From Candidatus Bilamarchaeaceae archaeon (lineage in GTDB: Archaea; Micrarchaeota; Micrarchaeia; Anstonellales; Bilamarchaeaceae), in contig JAVZJR010000001.1 in NCBI GenBank assembly GCA_038870635.1, forward strand, positions 291,700 through 338,900: DNA of 47,201 nucleotides, in the 5' to 3' direction. The notes under the pieces were generated by a model. It saw only the letters and a program-made list of their open reading frames with translations. It was not told where the DNA came from and did no database searches. Shown here piece by piece: positions 26,422 through 36,212 of the stretch. The position numbers and the translations under genes were made by a program. Position 1 is the stretch's first letter, and the number at the start of each line of letters is the position of its first letter.

Positions 26422-27720
26422 TCATCCTATTGCGATACTCCGCACTCTTACATGCGGACCTCCGTCTTCTACAGGTGCCGCTTGCCCACTTTTTCCGCAA
26501 ATTCCAGGGTGGGTGGCAAAATCTTTTCCGACAACTTCAATGTCTCTAAGTACATTATTAATGTTTCCAATAAGAACTATGTCTCTTAATGGTTCTGCGA
26601 TTTCCCCATTTCTTATCATATACCCTTCTTTTGCTTTGAACATAAAACCTCCTGAGAAAACATCAACACTCCCACCACTGCTCCCTTTGACATAAATCCC
26701 CTCTCTTATATCAAAAACATCATCTAAAGAGGCGTTCCCGCTTTTCATTATAGTATTACTCATTCTTACAATAGGGATTGCATCATAACTTTCTGCTCGT
26801 GCATGGCCATTTTTTTCATGTTTAAGCTCTTCTGCTGTTTCTCGCGAATTCATAAAACCAACAAGCACGCCTTTTTCTATTAACATCGCTTTTTTTGGCT
26901 TTGTGCCCTCATCGTCATATTCATATCCACCAAAGTAGGGAAGCGTAGGATCATCATATATAGTTATAAGTTCGTTACCAATCTCTTGTCCAAGCTTTCC
27001 ACAAAAAGTTGATTCCTTACTTATTATCGCGTCTGCTTCTGCCGCATGACCAACTGCCTCATGAATAAATGTTCCAGTCATGCCAGGGTCAAGCACTACT
27101 GGAAATTTGCCTTTTGGAGCCATGCGTGCCTTTAGTTGCGCAACTGCTTTCTCCGCTGCTTTTTTTGCTTTATCCAAAAAATCTATACCTCTATAACTTT
27201 GTCTTTTTGCTGCGGTTTCTGTAAGAGAAATTGTTTTCTCTCCTTCACGTGCGCTAGCAGTACAACCTAAGTAAAAATGAGCAGTGTCTATTTCTATTTC
27301 GCTTCCTTCTGAATTATAAAATATCTTTTTTGTTTTTTTTGCTGAGAATATGATAGAAGAAGAAAAAACGCTAGGAACAGCCATCTCTTTTTTAGCATTT
27401 TCTATTTCGTTTAAAGCGCTCTCAGCATCTATCCAATCTATTTTTTCCTCTTTTTTTTCTACTATACCTTCGCATTTTCCTATTCTTACGGTTCCTCCGC
27501 CAAGATGAGCAAGCTGCAAGGCTTTTTTTAATAGGTTTTTTATGTCTGTTTTAGGATTGTTTGTGGAGGCAAATCCCCACGCGCCATTTTTTAAAACTCG
27601 TGCTGAAGCACCTTCTTCTAAACCAATCACAACAGTTTTCTCTTCCTTTGCTTGAATCCTTACAAGTTCAATTTGTTCTTTTCTAACCTCTGCGTAATCA
27701 TAATTAGAAAAGCCGAACAT
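26422..27720 (-). CDS. tldD: TldD/PmbA-family metalloprotease (TldD type)
   Basis: HEAVGH..EAD, DDEG, RMSNT and CGK.GQ..PV..GGP motifs. Confidence 0.92.
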   Translation of the reverse strand: MFGFSNYDYAEVRKEQIELVRIQAKEEKTVVIGLEEGASARVLKNGAWGFASTNNPKTDIKNLLKKALQLAHLGGGTVRIGKCEGIVEKKEEKIDWIDAESALNEIENAKKEMAVPSVFSSSIIFSAKKTKKIFYNSEGSEIEIDTAHFYLGCTASAREGEKTISLTETAAKRQSYRGIDFLDKAKKAAEKAVAQLKARMAPKGKFPVVLDPGMTGTFIHEAVGHAAEADAIISKESTFCGKLGQEIGNELITIYDDPTLPYFGGYEYDDEGTKPKKAMLIEKGVLVGFMNSRETAEELKHEKNGHARAESYDAIPIVRMSNTIMKSGNASLDDVFDIREGIYVKGSSGGSVDVFSGGFMFKAKEGYMIRNGEIAEPLRDIVLIGNINNVLRDIEVVGKDFATHPGICGKSGQAAPVEDGGPHVRVRSIAIG

Positions 27721-28064
27721 TACAACACACTTTCTAATTTTTTTGCATAATCTATGATTGTCTTTTTGTCTTCTTTGCTCTTTGCCAGCCCAAAAAACAA
27801 ATAATTGCCAATTCGTACTATAACTAACGTATCCGAACCGCTTGTCATCTCAATTTCTTTTTGTTTGTCTCCGACTTCTCGTAAAAGTGCGTCCGAGATG
27901 TTTGCTATTCTGCTTATCAGAGCAGGTGCAATATCATTCAATGCAAGTGTTGTCTTTACCATAGTTCCATCTATCTTTAATAAACCGCCGGCTACTTTTC
28001 CCTCCTCATTCATCTTATTTAATATTTCATTTATCTCTGCGATCTTACCTTCAGTTAGCGTCAT
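27720..28064 (-). CDS. Roadblock/LC7 (MglB/LAMTOR-like) domain protein
   Basis: 114 aa with helix-beta-beta(L..DG)-helix-beta-beta-beta-helix pattern; GGTGA SD. Confidence 0.65.
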   Translation of the reverse strand: MTLTEGKIAEINEILNKMNEEGKVAGGLLKIDGTMVKTTLALNDIAPALISRIANISDALLREVGDKQKEIEMTSGSDTLVIVRIGNYLFFGLAKSKEDKKTIIDYAKKLESVL

Positions 28065-28072
28065 TTTTTCAC

Positions 28073-28789
28073 CTACAAAAACACTACTCCTGCTGGCCCT
28101 AATCTAAAACTAACTGAGTAGTTTATTATCGGAAGTTCTAAACTAAACGTTCCATCCTTTTCATTTATTATATATTTCTCATCTATTCCGTGTTCTATCA
28201 TTCCCATCATCTGTTTATCATGTACTCCTTCATCTACGAGATAAAGGGTTGTCGCACCAGCTGCCTTTAGTCTCCCATTTATAACATCCATAAATTTTCT
28301 TATGGATTCTTGAGGGTTATATAATATAAAAACTGATAGAGTGTGAAATATAAATCTGATCCTCTTCCCACTACTCTCTTTGAGCGCATCATTTATAGCG
28401 AGTGAGAGGTCATTTAATGCTCGTGGGCCAGGCACTATTTTTATGTTTTCACTTTCTGTTGGGTGCACACCACCGAGCGTACTGGTATAACAATCAATGA
28501 ACTTGATATTTGGTTTTTTGAGATTTATAGCAAGGGTCGCTGCTTTTTTAATTAATTCTTCAGGAGATATTCCACCACATATAAAATATACATTTTCCTC
28601 TTCTGTGGCACCATTCGCGAAGTGATAGGCAAAGGCAAATTTTTCTAAACCACTTGGCCCTACAAGAAGAATGTTGCCTGGGTTTCTATACCCTCCCTCC
28701 AGCATTATATCGAGTTCTCTTATGCCTGTAGACCATCTATTTTTTCTTAAAACTGGCAAGTCCTCATCAACATTAAGTTGCTCACTCAT
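28073..28789 (-). CDS. KaiC/RAD55-like RecA-fold protein, degenerate Walker motifs
   Basis: STGI.ELD.ML.GG N-terminus and FIDCY. Walker A region reads GPSGLEKF and Walker B region FIFHTLS. Confidence 0.85.
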   Translation of the reverse strand: MSEQLNVDEDLPVLRKNRWSTGIRELDIMLEGGYRNPGNILLVGPSGLEKFAFAYHFANGATEEENVYFICGGISPEELIKKAATLAINLKKPNIKFIDCYTSTLGGVHPTESENIKIVPGPRALNDLSLAINDALKESSGKRIRFIFHTLSVFILYNPQESIRKFMDVINGRLKAAGATTLYLVDEGVHDKQMMGMIEHGIDEKYIINEKDGTFSLELPIINYSVSFRLGPAGVVFL

Positions 28790-28845
28790 GTTATTTTATC
28801 TAAGGATAAGTTTTTATTTGCTTTTAACTTTTTGTTTTTAACAGA

Positions 28846-30069
28846 TTAGGTAAATTTTGGTTTAAAAGAGATCAACGCCCACACAATTAAAAAAACACCC
28901 AAAACGCCAAATACCAGTTTTATTTTTTGTTCATCTTCTTCAGTAAAAGAGAAACTTTTCCTTGTTGTTTCCCATAGTGGTAGCGTCTCGCTTTCAGTTT
29001 TTTGGCCTATTGAGAGTTGTCTGGCATAAATTTCTTCTGCTCTTTCGTTCTCACTCATAAACACATCTCTTACCTTTATCTCTATTCTCTTCTTTCCCAA
29101 TGCTTCATCGTCTCTATGGTTTATTTTATAGAGATAGGAGAAGTTATTCGTGTTTCCACTTAGCGTACTACCATTGATCATTGTTCTGCCAACAAAAAAA
29201 TAATCACTTTTATTTATGGTTTCTATCTCGCTTATATTATTTCTATTTTTTGTGATGTTAAAATCATAGAGAAAAATGGCCTTATTCTCATTATTTTCTT
29301 TTTTCTCAATGTAATATACTTTTCTTTGCGAGAATAAAAGCCATTCGATTTCTTTTTCTCTATACCAATGCTCGTTTAAGATGGGTTTTTCAAGGAAAAA
29401 AAACTTTTGCGCACCGCATGTATATGTCTCATATTCATCAGAGAAATCCATGCTATGTATATACTTTTTTTCATTAGCAACACATATCCCGTTTTTCATT
29501 TCTTGATCATTAACTACATATATGAATGTTATTTTTCCGTAGAGTTTTACTTTTAGTGTTTCATTACCAGAAGAGTTCATTATAAGTGGTATCAGTTGCT
29601 CTGGCATAGTTAAGATATTTCCTGAGTTATTTACACCCGAATAATTTACTTCATTTAATAAAAAAATTCCATTTATACTATAATTTACTATTATCTCTTT
29701 TTCATATTCTGCGCAACCATCGTTATCAAAATCACAACCCGGACCATTTTTTCTTTTTTCATCGCATAAACCATTATCCCACAAATGACTCATGGCTGCT
29801 CCTTTTCTTACTATTACTCTCATTGTACCATTCGTACAGTTATCTACAAGAGGTGTAAACCCAGCGATATACATAGTACCGCTTACCTCTATATCCTTAC
29901 TAAAAATTTTTAGTGATTCTTTTTTGTAATTGTAATTATCTATGCTATTGTTGTATAACAATGCGATTTGAAAATTTTCTTTTTCTACTGTAAAAAAAGG
30001 TGGGTCCGTGTACGAAAAGATAATATTTAATAAAAATAGGAGGAATACGAATAAGCATACTACCCTCAT
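28846..30069 (-). CDS. Secreted, C-terminally anchored surface (glyco)protein
   Basis: N-terminal signal-like hydrophobic stretch, many N-x-S/T sequons, DFDNDG motif and C-terminal TM. Confidence 0.75.
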   Translation of the reverse strand: MRVVCLFVFLLFLLNIIFSYTDPPFFTVEKENFQIALLYNNSIDNYNYKKESLKIFSKDIEVSGTMYIAGFTPLVDNCTNGTMRVIVRKGAAMSHLWDNGLCDEKRKNGPGCDFDNDGCAEYEKEIIVNYSINGIFLLNEVNYSGVNNSGNILTMPEQLIPLIMNSSGNETLKVKLYGKITFIYVVNDQEMKNGICVANEKKYIHSMDFSDEYETYTCGAQKFFFLEKPILNEHWYREKEIEWLLFSQRKVYYIEKKENNENKAIFLYDFNITKNRNNISEIETINKSDYFFVGRTMINGSTLSGNTNNFSYLYKINHRDDEALGKKRIEIKVRDVFMSENERAEEIYARQLSIGQKTESETLPLWETTRKSFSFTEEDEQKIKLVFGVLGVFLIVWALISFKPKFT

Positions 30070-30073
30070 TTTC

Positions 30074-31999
30074 TCACTGTATATATTTAGATAGATTGTT
30101 TAAGGTTGTAAAAACAAGCAGATTATTTGCTTGTTTAATTTTTATTTTTGCTCTTTCTTCAGGTTCTATCGTGCCTTCTATCTCCCTTATCTCATCTTCA
30201 TTTTCAAAAACAACTATTGTTCTCTTATTTCCCCATTTCTCTCCTCGCAGCACAATATCATAGTCTTTTGTAGCAAACCCTCTTTTTAGTTCCTTAAAAG
30301 CTACACCGTTTTCTATTAATTTTTCTCTTATCTGTCTTAATATTGCTTTTTCTTTTATATCTCCTTTACCTACAATTTGCCAATACTCTCCATAGTTCTC
30401 TATTTTTCCTTTTTTTACAAGCCTGCGCAGTATTTCTACTACGTTTCCTTCTGTAACCTCTGCACCTTGTGTTATGTATCTTTTAAGAGCTATTTCAAAT
30501 TCTGCGGTTGTTATTGGGTAATCTTTGAGTTTTGCGTCTTTTTCTATTTTTCTTATCGCCTCTAACACTTCTGTTTCACTAACTTTTATTTCATTTCTTA
30601 TTTCCCTTCCACCTTCGCTTATTCTTAAAGTGTATGTAGCCTTTCTACTAAATCGTGCAAAAGCATAGACCGCCAACACGATCAAAAATGCAGGTACTCC
30701 ATAAGTAAGATAAAAATCCCATATACTTTCTTGAGTATTTATTACTTTTATATTATATTTTTTACCTTCTATTTCTATGTTAAATATGTTCTCTCCTTTG
30801 CGTAGAAGAGCATTTATCGCGAGTTGGCCGTTGGAAACATAATACTTTCTTTTCTCCTGCCCTTCATTAAGCGTTGCATAAACAACTGCAGATTCTAATG
30901 GCTCCCCGTCAACTATTACATTAAAATAATACGTATTGTACACTTTGCTAGAGTATTTTATATCTAAATTTGCTACGTGAAGAATTCCGCTACCTATTAT
31001 TCCACTATTATCACTTACGATTAGTATGTAATACCCAGGTTCTTTTTGGGTTAAAGTTTCATGGAAATAACTACCATCAACCACTCTTCTTAATCTTTCT
31101 GCTTGTGTTTCCATTTGATTTTTATATATTGAAAAATAAGCTGTACCATTAGATTTTTCTATTTTATACTCTAATATCGAAGTTTGCCAAGGATAGATTG
31201 TTTCTGGTTCTGGTTTTAGTATTATATTCGGTGGGGGCGGCAATTTAGAGGAATCCACCACTCCTTTTTTTCGCCCTATTTCATAAATAACTCTTATATA
31301 TTTTGATTGGTTTATTTCTATTATTTTTGTGTTTATGCTGCCATCGCCTTCTATTGAGAAAGTTTTTACGTTTTCGTTTGCCCAAGCATTTTTTAATATG
31401 TCGTCCATCATTTTATTCTCTAATCCTTCATTGAGAAAAGTCGCGAGCGTGCCATTGTATACTATTATTCTTTTTTTCTGTTCTTCATCAAGTTTTTCGT
31501 ACCACTTTTCTTCTATTATACTACCAGAACGAAGCGCCCTGTCTTTTTTTCCTATATAAATAACCACCCCATCGCTTTCGTTTGCTCTAATCGCGTCTAT
31601 TATATAATTTGGCATTGCTCCTGTTGCTACTATATTTATTCCCTTATTCAAAGTGCGTCTTTCAGAAAGTGTTAAGGAATAACCATAATCCTCTAAGTTT
31701 TTTATCTTTTCAAAGAGTTCCGGCACTCTTTCGCTATCCATTCCTTCATCATCTTTTATGACTGTTATCTTTTGAGGGGCGTAGACTTCATAACCTAAGA
31801 GCGTTATATTGGCATTTCCATTTAATGAATAGACAACATAAGCGTAATTTCCAGCTCTATCTATCTTTTTTATGCTGAATGATATGTTTTTCACTTCTTT
31901 TTGCTCTGCAGGAGCAGTGGAAACATAAGTAAAAGCAGAGTATGCTATAAATAAGACTATCACAAGGGCCGACGCTATCAAAACATCTCGTAATTTCAT
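30074..31999 (-). CDS. Membrane protein with large extracellular region and cytoplasmic wHTH-like C-terminal domain
   Basis: N-terminal TM, second TM (YGVPAFLIVLAVYAF), then ITTAEF...VVEILRRLVKKGKIE. Confidence 0.72.
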   Translation of the reverse strand: MKLRDVLIASALVIVLFIAYSAFTYVSTAPAEQKEVKNISFSIKKIDRAGNYAYVVYSLNGNANITLLGYEVYAPQKITVIKDDEGMDSERVPELFEKIKNLEDYGYSLTLSERRTLNKGINIVATGAMPNYIIDAIRANESDGVVIYIGKKDRALRSGSIIEEKWYEKLDEEQKKRIIVYNGTLATFLNEGLENKMMDDILKNAWANENVKTFSIEGDGSINTKIIEINQSKYIRVIYEIGRKKGVVDSSKLPPPPNIILKPEPETIYPWQTSILEYKIEKSNGTAYFSIYKNQMETQAERLRRVVDGSYFHETLTQKEPGYYILIVSDNSGIIGSGILHVANLDIKYSSKVYNTYYFNVIVDGEPLESAVVYATLNEGQEKRKYYVSNGQLAINALLRKGENIFNIEIEGKKYNIKVINTQESIWDFYLTYGVPAFLIVLAVYAFARFSRKATYTLRISEGGREIRNEIKVSETEVLEAIRKIEKDAKLKDYPITTAEFEIALKRYITQGAEVTEGNVVEILRRLVKKGKIENYGEYWQIVGKGDIKEKAILRQIREKLIENGVAFKELKRGFATKDYDIVLRGEKWGNKRTIVVFENEDEIREIEGTIEPEERAKIKIKQANNLLVFTTLNNLSKYIQ

Positions 32000-33357
32000 A
32001 ACTTCAACCTGTTACTCTTTAAAAATCCTAAATCATTTTTATAAAAATCTCTTATATCTGTCATTTGGAGGGATAGCATAAGTGGTCTTTCAAGCGATAA
32101 CCCCCATGCGAGTACTGGATATACGCCGCAAAGGGGGATGCTAACCTCTGGTCGGAACATGCCAGCACCACCCAATTCCATCCATTGTTTTCTGTCTTCG
32201 TAAAATACTTCTATTTCTAAACTTGGTTCTGTATAAGGAAAATAACTTGGTCTAAATCTTATCTTTTCAAAGCCTAATCTTTTATAAAATTCTTTTAGTA
32301 CGCCTAAAAGATCGCGGAAAGTTGCCTTTTCCCACACAATTATACCTTCTATTTGGTGGAATTCTGCCAAGTGTTTGTAATCTGTAGCTTCGTTCCTAAA
32401 AACTCTACCTATTGCAAAATATTTCCGTGGTTTTTTATCCTTTATACCAGATAGGTACTGCGCGCTTAAAGCAGTTGTATGGGTTCGAAGAACAGTTTTT
32501 TCTGCAATGTCTTTCTTCCATTTCATCTTCCATCCTTTTTCATGCGCCTTTGCAACTTTTTTTACAATATCAATCTCTTTTGGCAATTCGCTTTTCTTAT
32601 CTATATAGAAAGTATCAGCAAGCTCGCGCGCCGGGTGGTCTTGTGGTTGGAAAAGCGCATCAAAGTTCCAAAATGCTGATTGTATTATGCTTCCTTCCAT
32701 TTCTTCAAAACCTAACTCAACCATAATCTCCTTTATCTTTTCCGTGAATTGAGATAAGGGATGCAGCCTTCCTGTTAATGCATCTTCGGCTTCAACATTT
32801 AAGTCTATTCCTTCTTTTTCTAAGATATTTATGTTCGCATCTTCAATAAAACTAACTATCTCCTGTTTTATGTTTTTTTTCTGTACGAGGTGCCTTTTGA
32901 ACAACTCTTCTTCTACAACTTTATCACACCTACCGGTTTTATTTATTTCACTAAAAGCATCCTCTAATTTTTTTATCTCTTTCTTTATATCTTCATAAGT
33001 TTTTTTTGGCTTTAATTTTCCCCCTTCTATATTAATAAAACCTTTTTCTTTCGCCCATTTAAGGCCTATCTTTTTTTCCCATTCTGTTAATTCTGCAACA
33101 GAAATATTCTTATTTGACTTTATATAAACAGAGTACTCTGGGAAACCGACTGATACGTATGTTTTGTATTCTTCTGTTGGCATCAGTACATATGTTTCTT
33201 TCTCCTCAACCTTGACTATCTCTTTTGTTTTCAAAGATTCTATAGCTTTTCTAACCGCATCACTTTTGATTCCAGTTGACTCTGAAATCTCTTCTATTGT
33301 TGCTGTTTTTTTGTTTTTGATATACTCCGCAATCTCTCTTTCACCTTTGTATATCAT
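31996..33357 (-). CDS. pheS: Phenylalanyl-tRNA synthetase alpha subunit
   Basis: FWNFDALFQPQDHPARE, LRTHTT, FRNE..D..HL.EFHQ and YFPYTEPS motifs. Confidence 0.97.
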   Translation of the reverse strand: MIYKGEREIAEYIKNKKTATIEEISESTGIKSDAVRKAIESLKTKEIVKVEEKETYVLMPTEEYKTYVSVGFPEYSVYIKSNKNISVAELTEWEKKIGLKWAKEKGFINIEGGKLKPKKTYEDIKKEIKKLEDAFSEINKTGRCDKVVEEELFKRHLVQKKNIKQEIVSFIEDANINILEKEGIDLNVEAEDALTGRLHPLSQFTEKIKEIMVELGFEEMEGSIIQSAFWNFDALFQPQDHPARELADTFYIDKKSELPKEIDIVKKVAKAHEKGWKMKWKKDIAEKTVLRTHTTALSAQYLSGIKDKKPRKYFAIGRVFRNEATDYKHLAEFHQIEGIIVWEKATFRDLLGVLKEFYKRLGFEKIRFRPSYFPYTEPSLEIEVFYEDRKQWMELGGAGMFRPEVSIPLCGVYPVLAWGLSLERPLMLSLQMTDIRDFYKNDLGFLKSNRLKL

Positions 33358-34190
33358 TATGCTCCCCTTCCTTTTTTCTCAATTGTTATGTATACATATC
33401 CACTCACTATAATTACAATTATTGCAATGAGCGCCCATCCATGTTCGCCCGTCAGAATATTATAGAATGAAAGGTAGACGTTATAGAAGAAATCTTTAAC
33501 TTCTCCCTCCAATGTTTCTTCTACTTCAAATACAACACTTAGTTTTACTAATATCGTATCTGTCCAGCTTATCGTTTTCAATTTTGCAGGTAAGTCAATC
33601 TTGACATTTTCTGGGGTGGGGTTTAAATCAGTTACAACGCTATTGCTCGGTAATTCAATAGTCAATCTGACATTTTCAGGTAGCAATACATTTCCTTGGG
33701 GTGTAGTGATAAAAGACAATGCCTCTGGGTTCAAGCGGTATGTTGTTGTACGGGGTTTGCTTTTTGTTACAAAAAAAAGACCGCTATCCCGAACTATTGT
33801 TTTACTTCCATTAGTGTCGTTGTATAAGGGTTCGATTTCATATTGAATTATTAACTCGCCGTGGCAAACTCCTTGAAGAGGGTTGCATTTTTTTCTTGGT
33901 TGTGGAAGTACGCGCAACTCCTTTATTGAGACTTTTGCCGGATTTACATGATATCTGACATCTTGTAATTTCGTTGTGCTGCTCCAAAATGAAATGTCAT
34001 TACTTGAAAAACCTGCATCGTAATCATTTTGTGCCTGCTCTCCTACCAGCATAATCTTTATATTTTCAGTAACTTTTGCAGTTCCATCTGGTTTTATGTC
34101 TCTTATCGTTACATCTACACTTGTAAGAATAAATTCTGCGCCAGCGATTGATATTAGTAATAATAAAAGCCCGCATATCCGTAAATTCAT
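33357..34190 (-). CDS. Secreted, C-terminally anchored hypothetical protein
   Basis: Signal peptide, beta-rich body with a CxxxxxxC pair, C-terminal TM plus basic tail. Confidence 0.75.
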   Translation of the reverse strand: MNLRICGLLLLLISIAGAEFILTSVDVTIRDIKPDGTAKVTENIKIMLVGEQAQNDYDAGFSSNDISFWSSTTKLQDVRYHVNPAKVSIKELRVLPQPRKKCNPLQGVCHGELIIQYEIEPLYNDTNGSKTIVRDSGLFFVTKSKPRTTTYRLNPEALSFITTPQGNVLLPENVRLTIELPSNSVVTDLNPTPENVKIDLPAKLKTISWTDTILVKLSVVFEVEETLEGEVKDFFYNVYLSFYNILTGEHGWALIAIIVIIVSGYVYITIEKKGRGA

Positions 34191-34242
34191 AATTTTTTAT
34201 TTAAATAATCCTTTTTTAAACATAGGTTGTTTGCCAAAGAAA

Positions 34243-35481
34243 TCAAAACTCTAAAAGATTTTTTTGTTTTTTTTCTACTGGTTTTTTATCATTGCTCTCA
34301 TCTATAATAAGCTCTCCAAACACACCATCATAACCAGGTAACCATTTCACTTCTTGGTATTTTGCCTTAATTATAGCTTTCGCGATATCACTACTTGTCG
34401 CCATTTTTATAGCATCATCGGTTGCTTCGTATACTGCAAATTCATTTGAAAAATATTTTATTAATCTTTCATACTCATTTTTTACAGCGATAGCTGTTTC
34501 TGGCTTTTTTAAGACTTTTGAAATAAGAAGTTTAAGAGGAATAACGTACTGAAATGGCACTGCATTAGTTGATCTTTCCCCCATTTTTCTATCTGCTAAA
34601 TCAACCACCCTATGGAGAACACCTATCGTGACTGGCTTTTTGCATACTGGACAGATATTTTTGTGTTTTTTTGATTCCCAAGGCGACCACCTTATCCCGC
34701 AATTACGATGGCCATCATAATGATATTTTCCTTCTTCTGGATAGAACTCGTATGTTTTTATGAAACCCTTGCGTGTTTTTATCGAATTTATCAATTCACC
34801 ATATGTTATGCTTTCAAGATCGAAAACATTTGCTTCTCTTCCAAGTTTTTCAGGACTGTGTGCGTCACTATTTGATATTAAGGTATATCTATCTAATTTA
34901 CTAACCATCCAGTTCATTTGAGGGTCGCTTGACAGTCCAGTTTCTAAGGCGTATACTCTATCAGCTCGGTCCTCGAATGCTTCTTCTATGCTGTCGACTC
35001 CTGTCACAGAACCAAAAATACCAAACCAGGGCGTCCATACATGCGCAGGAAAAATAAAGAAATCACTAGAAATCTTTTCACATTCATCTACTAATTCTGC
35101 AGAAGACATCTTTAACATTGGTCGTCCATCTGCTTCAAGAGAACCATAATTTTTAAGACTGTCGTTAAGTTGCATTGCTTCTTCCATTCCAGGTGCCAAT
35201 ACAACGTTATGTATTCTTAATTGATGCTTTCCTACTTGATAAAAAAGCGCTAGTTCTGTAGATAATATAAAATAAACTCCGCCGTATGGAAACAGTCCAT
35301 TCTCCTCATTTTTTAATTTTATTCTTAATTCGTTAAAGTATTGTGGATGAGTAAAATCCCCAGTAGCAACAATATTTACTCCTTTTACCTTGCACCCTTC
35401 TGATAACCCTTCAACATCACATCTTTGACTTGTCGCTCTTGCATATTTACTATGTACGTGAAGGTCTGCTACCACTCTCAT
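34243..35481 (-). CDS. endoQ: Endonuclease Q (PHP domain plus Zn finger)
   Basis: DLHVHS.Y, TGDFTHP, PAH.WTPW, ETGLSSD, SNSDAHS, GKYH..GHR.C and CP.C motifs; PIP-like QKNLLEF. Confidence 0.9.
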   Translation of the reverse strand: MRVVADLHVHSKYARATSQRCDVEGLSEGCKVKGVNIVATGDFTHPQYFNELRIKLKNEENGLFPYGGVYFILSTELALFYQVGKHQLRIHNVVLAPGMEEAMQLNDSLKNYGSLEADGRPMLKMSSAELVDECEKISSDFFIFPAHVWTPWFGIFGSVTGVDSIEEAFEDRADRVYALETGLSSDPQMNWMVSKLDRYTLISNSDAHSPEKLGREANVFDLESITYGELINSIKTRKGFIKTYEFYPEEGKYHYDGHRNCGIRWSPWESKKHKNICPVCKKPVTIGVLHRVVDLADRKMGERSTNAVPFQYVIPLKLLISKVLKKPETAIAVKNEYERLIKYFSNEFAVYEATDDAIKMATSSDIAKAIIKAKYQEVKWLPGYDGVFGELIIDESNDKKPVEKKQKNLLEF

Positions 35482-36164
35482 TTTCCAAATCTCCTTTTTC
35501 TTTTCGAGTATTCACGAAGAGCCATTTCAAAATCTTTCTTGCTAAAGTCCGGCCAAAGTTTCTTGCAAAAATAAAATTCACTATAAACACTTTGCCATGG
35601 CAAAAGACCGCTAAGACGTTGTTCACCCGACGTCCTTATAATAAGATCAGGGTCTGGTATTCCTGCCGTGTACATATGTTGGCTTACGATTTCTTCATCT
35701 ACCTTTTTGTATCCCTTTTTTATAATTGCATTAATAGCGTCTACTATTTCCGCTCTTCCTCCATAAGATAAAAGGAGATTTAATTGGTACTCTTTGTTTT
35801 TGGCGCTTATTTCTTCTGCTTTTTTTATCATCTGTTGGATTTCAGGTGGGAAAAGGTAAAGTCTTCCAAAAAAACGAACACGCAAATCGTGCTTATTTTT
35901 CTCATCACTTTCTAAAGCTTTTTTTAAATTCTTTTTAAAAAGTTCAAAAAGAGTTTTTACTTCGCTTGAGTCTCGCTGAAAATTGTCTAAACTAAAACCC
36001 CACATTGTTAGCATTTTTATTTTATACTCTTTACACCATTTCATTACATTTCCAATATGCCTTATGCCAATTGCATAGCCTTCTTCCTTGGTTTTTCCAT
36101 TTTTTTCGCTCCACCTTCTATTACCGTCAGGTATAATAGCAATGTGAGCTGGTAATGTCTCCAT
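35478..36164 (-). CDS. uppS: cis-prenyltransferase (UppS family)
   Basis: HIAIIPDGNRRW, FS..N..R, YGGR.EI, DLIIRTSGEQRLSG and RRFG motifs. Confidence 0.95.
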   Translation of the reverse strand: METLPAHIAIIPDGNRRWSEKNGKTKEEGYAIGIRHIGNVMKWCKEYKIKMLTMWGFSLDNFQRDSSEVKTLFELFKKNLKKALESDEKNKHDLRVRFFGRLYLFPPEIQQMIKKAEEISAKNKEYQLNLLLSYGGRAEIVDAINAIIKKGYKKVDEEIVSQHMYTAGIPDPDLIIRTSGEQRLSGLLPWQSVYSEFYFCKKLWPDFSKKDFEMALREYSKRKRRFGK

Positions 36165-36212
36165 GATTTTATTTTAAAAAAACCCTTATTTAATCCTTAC
36201 TTTTTCTATTAT

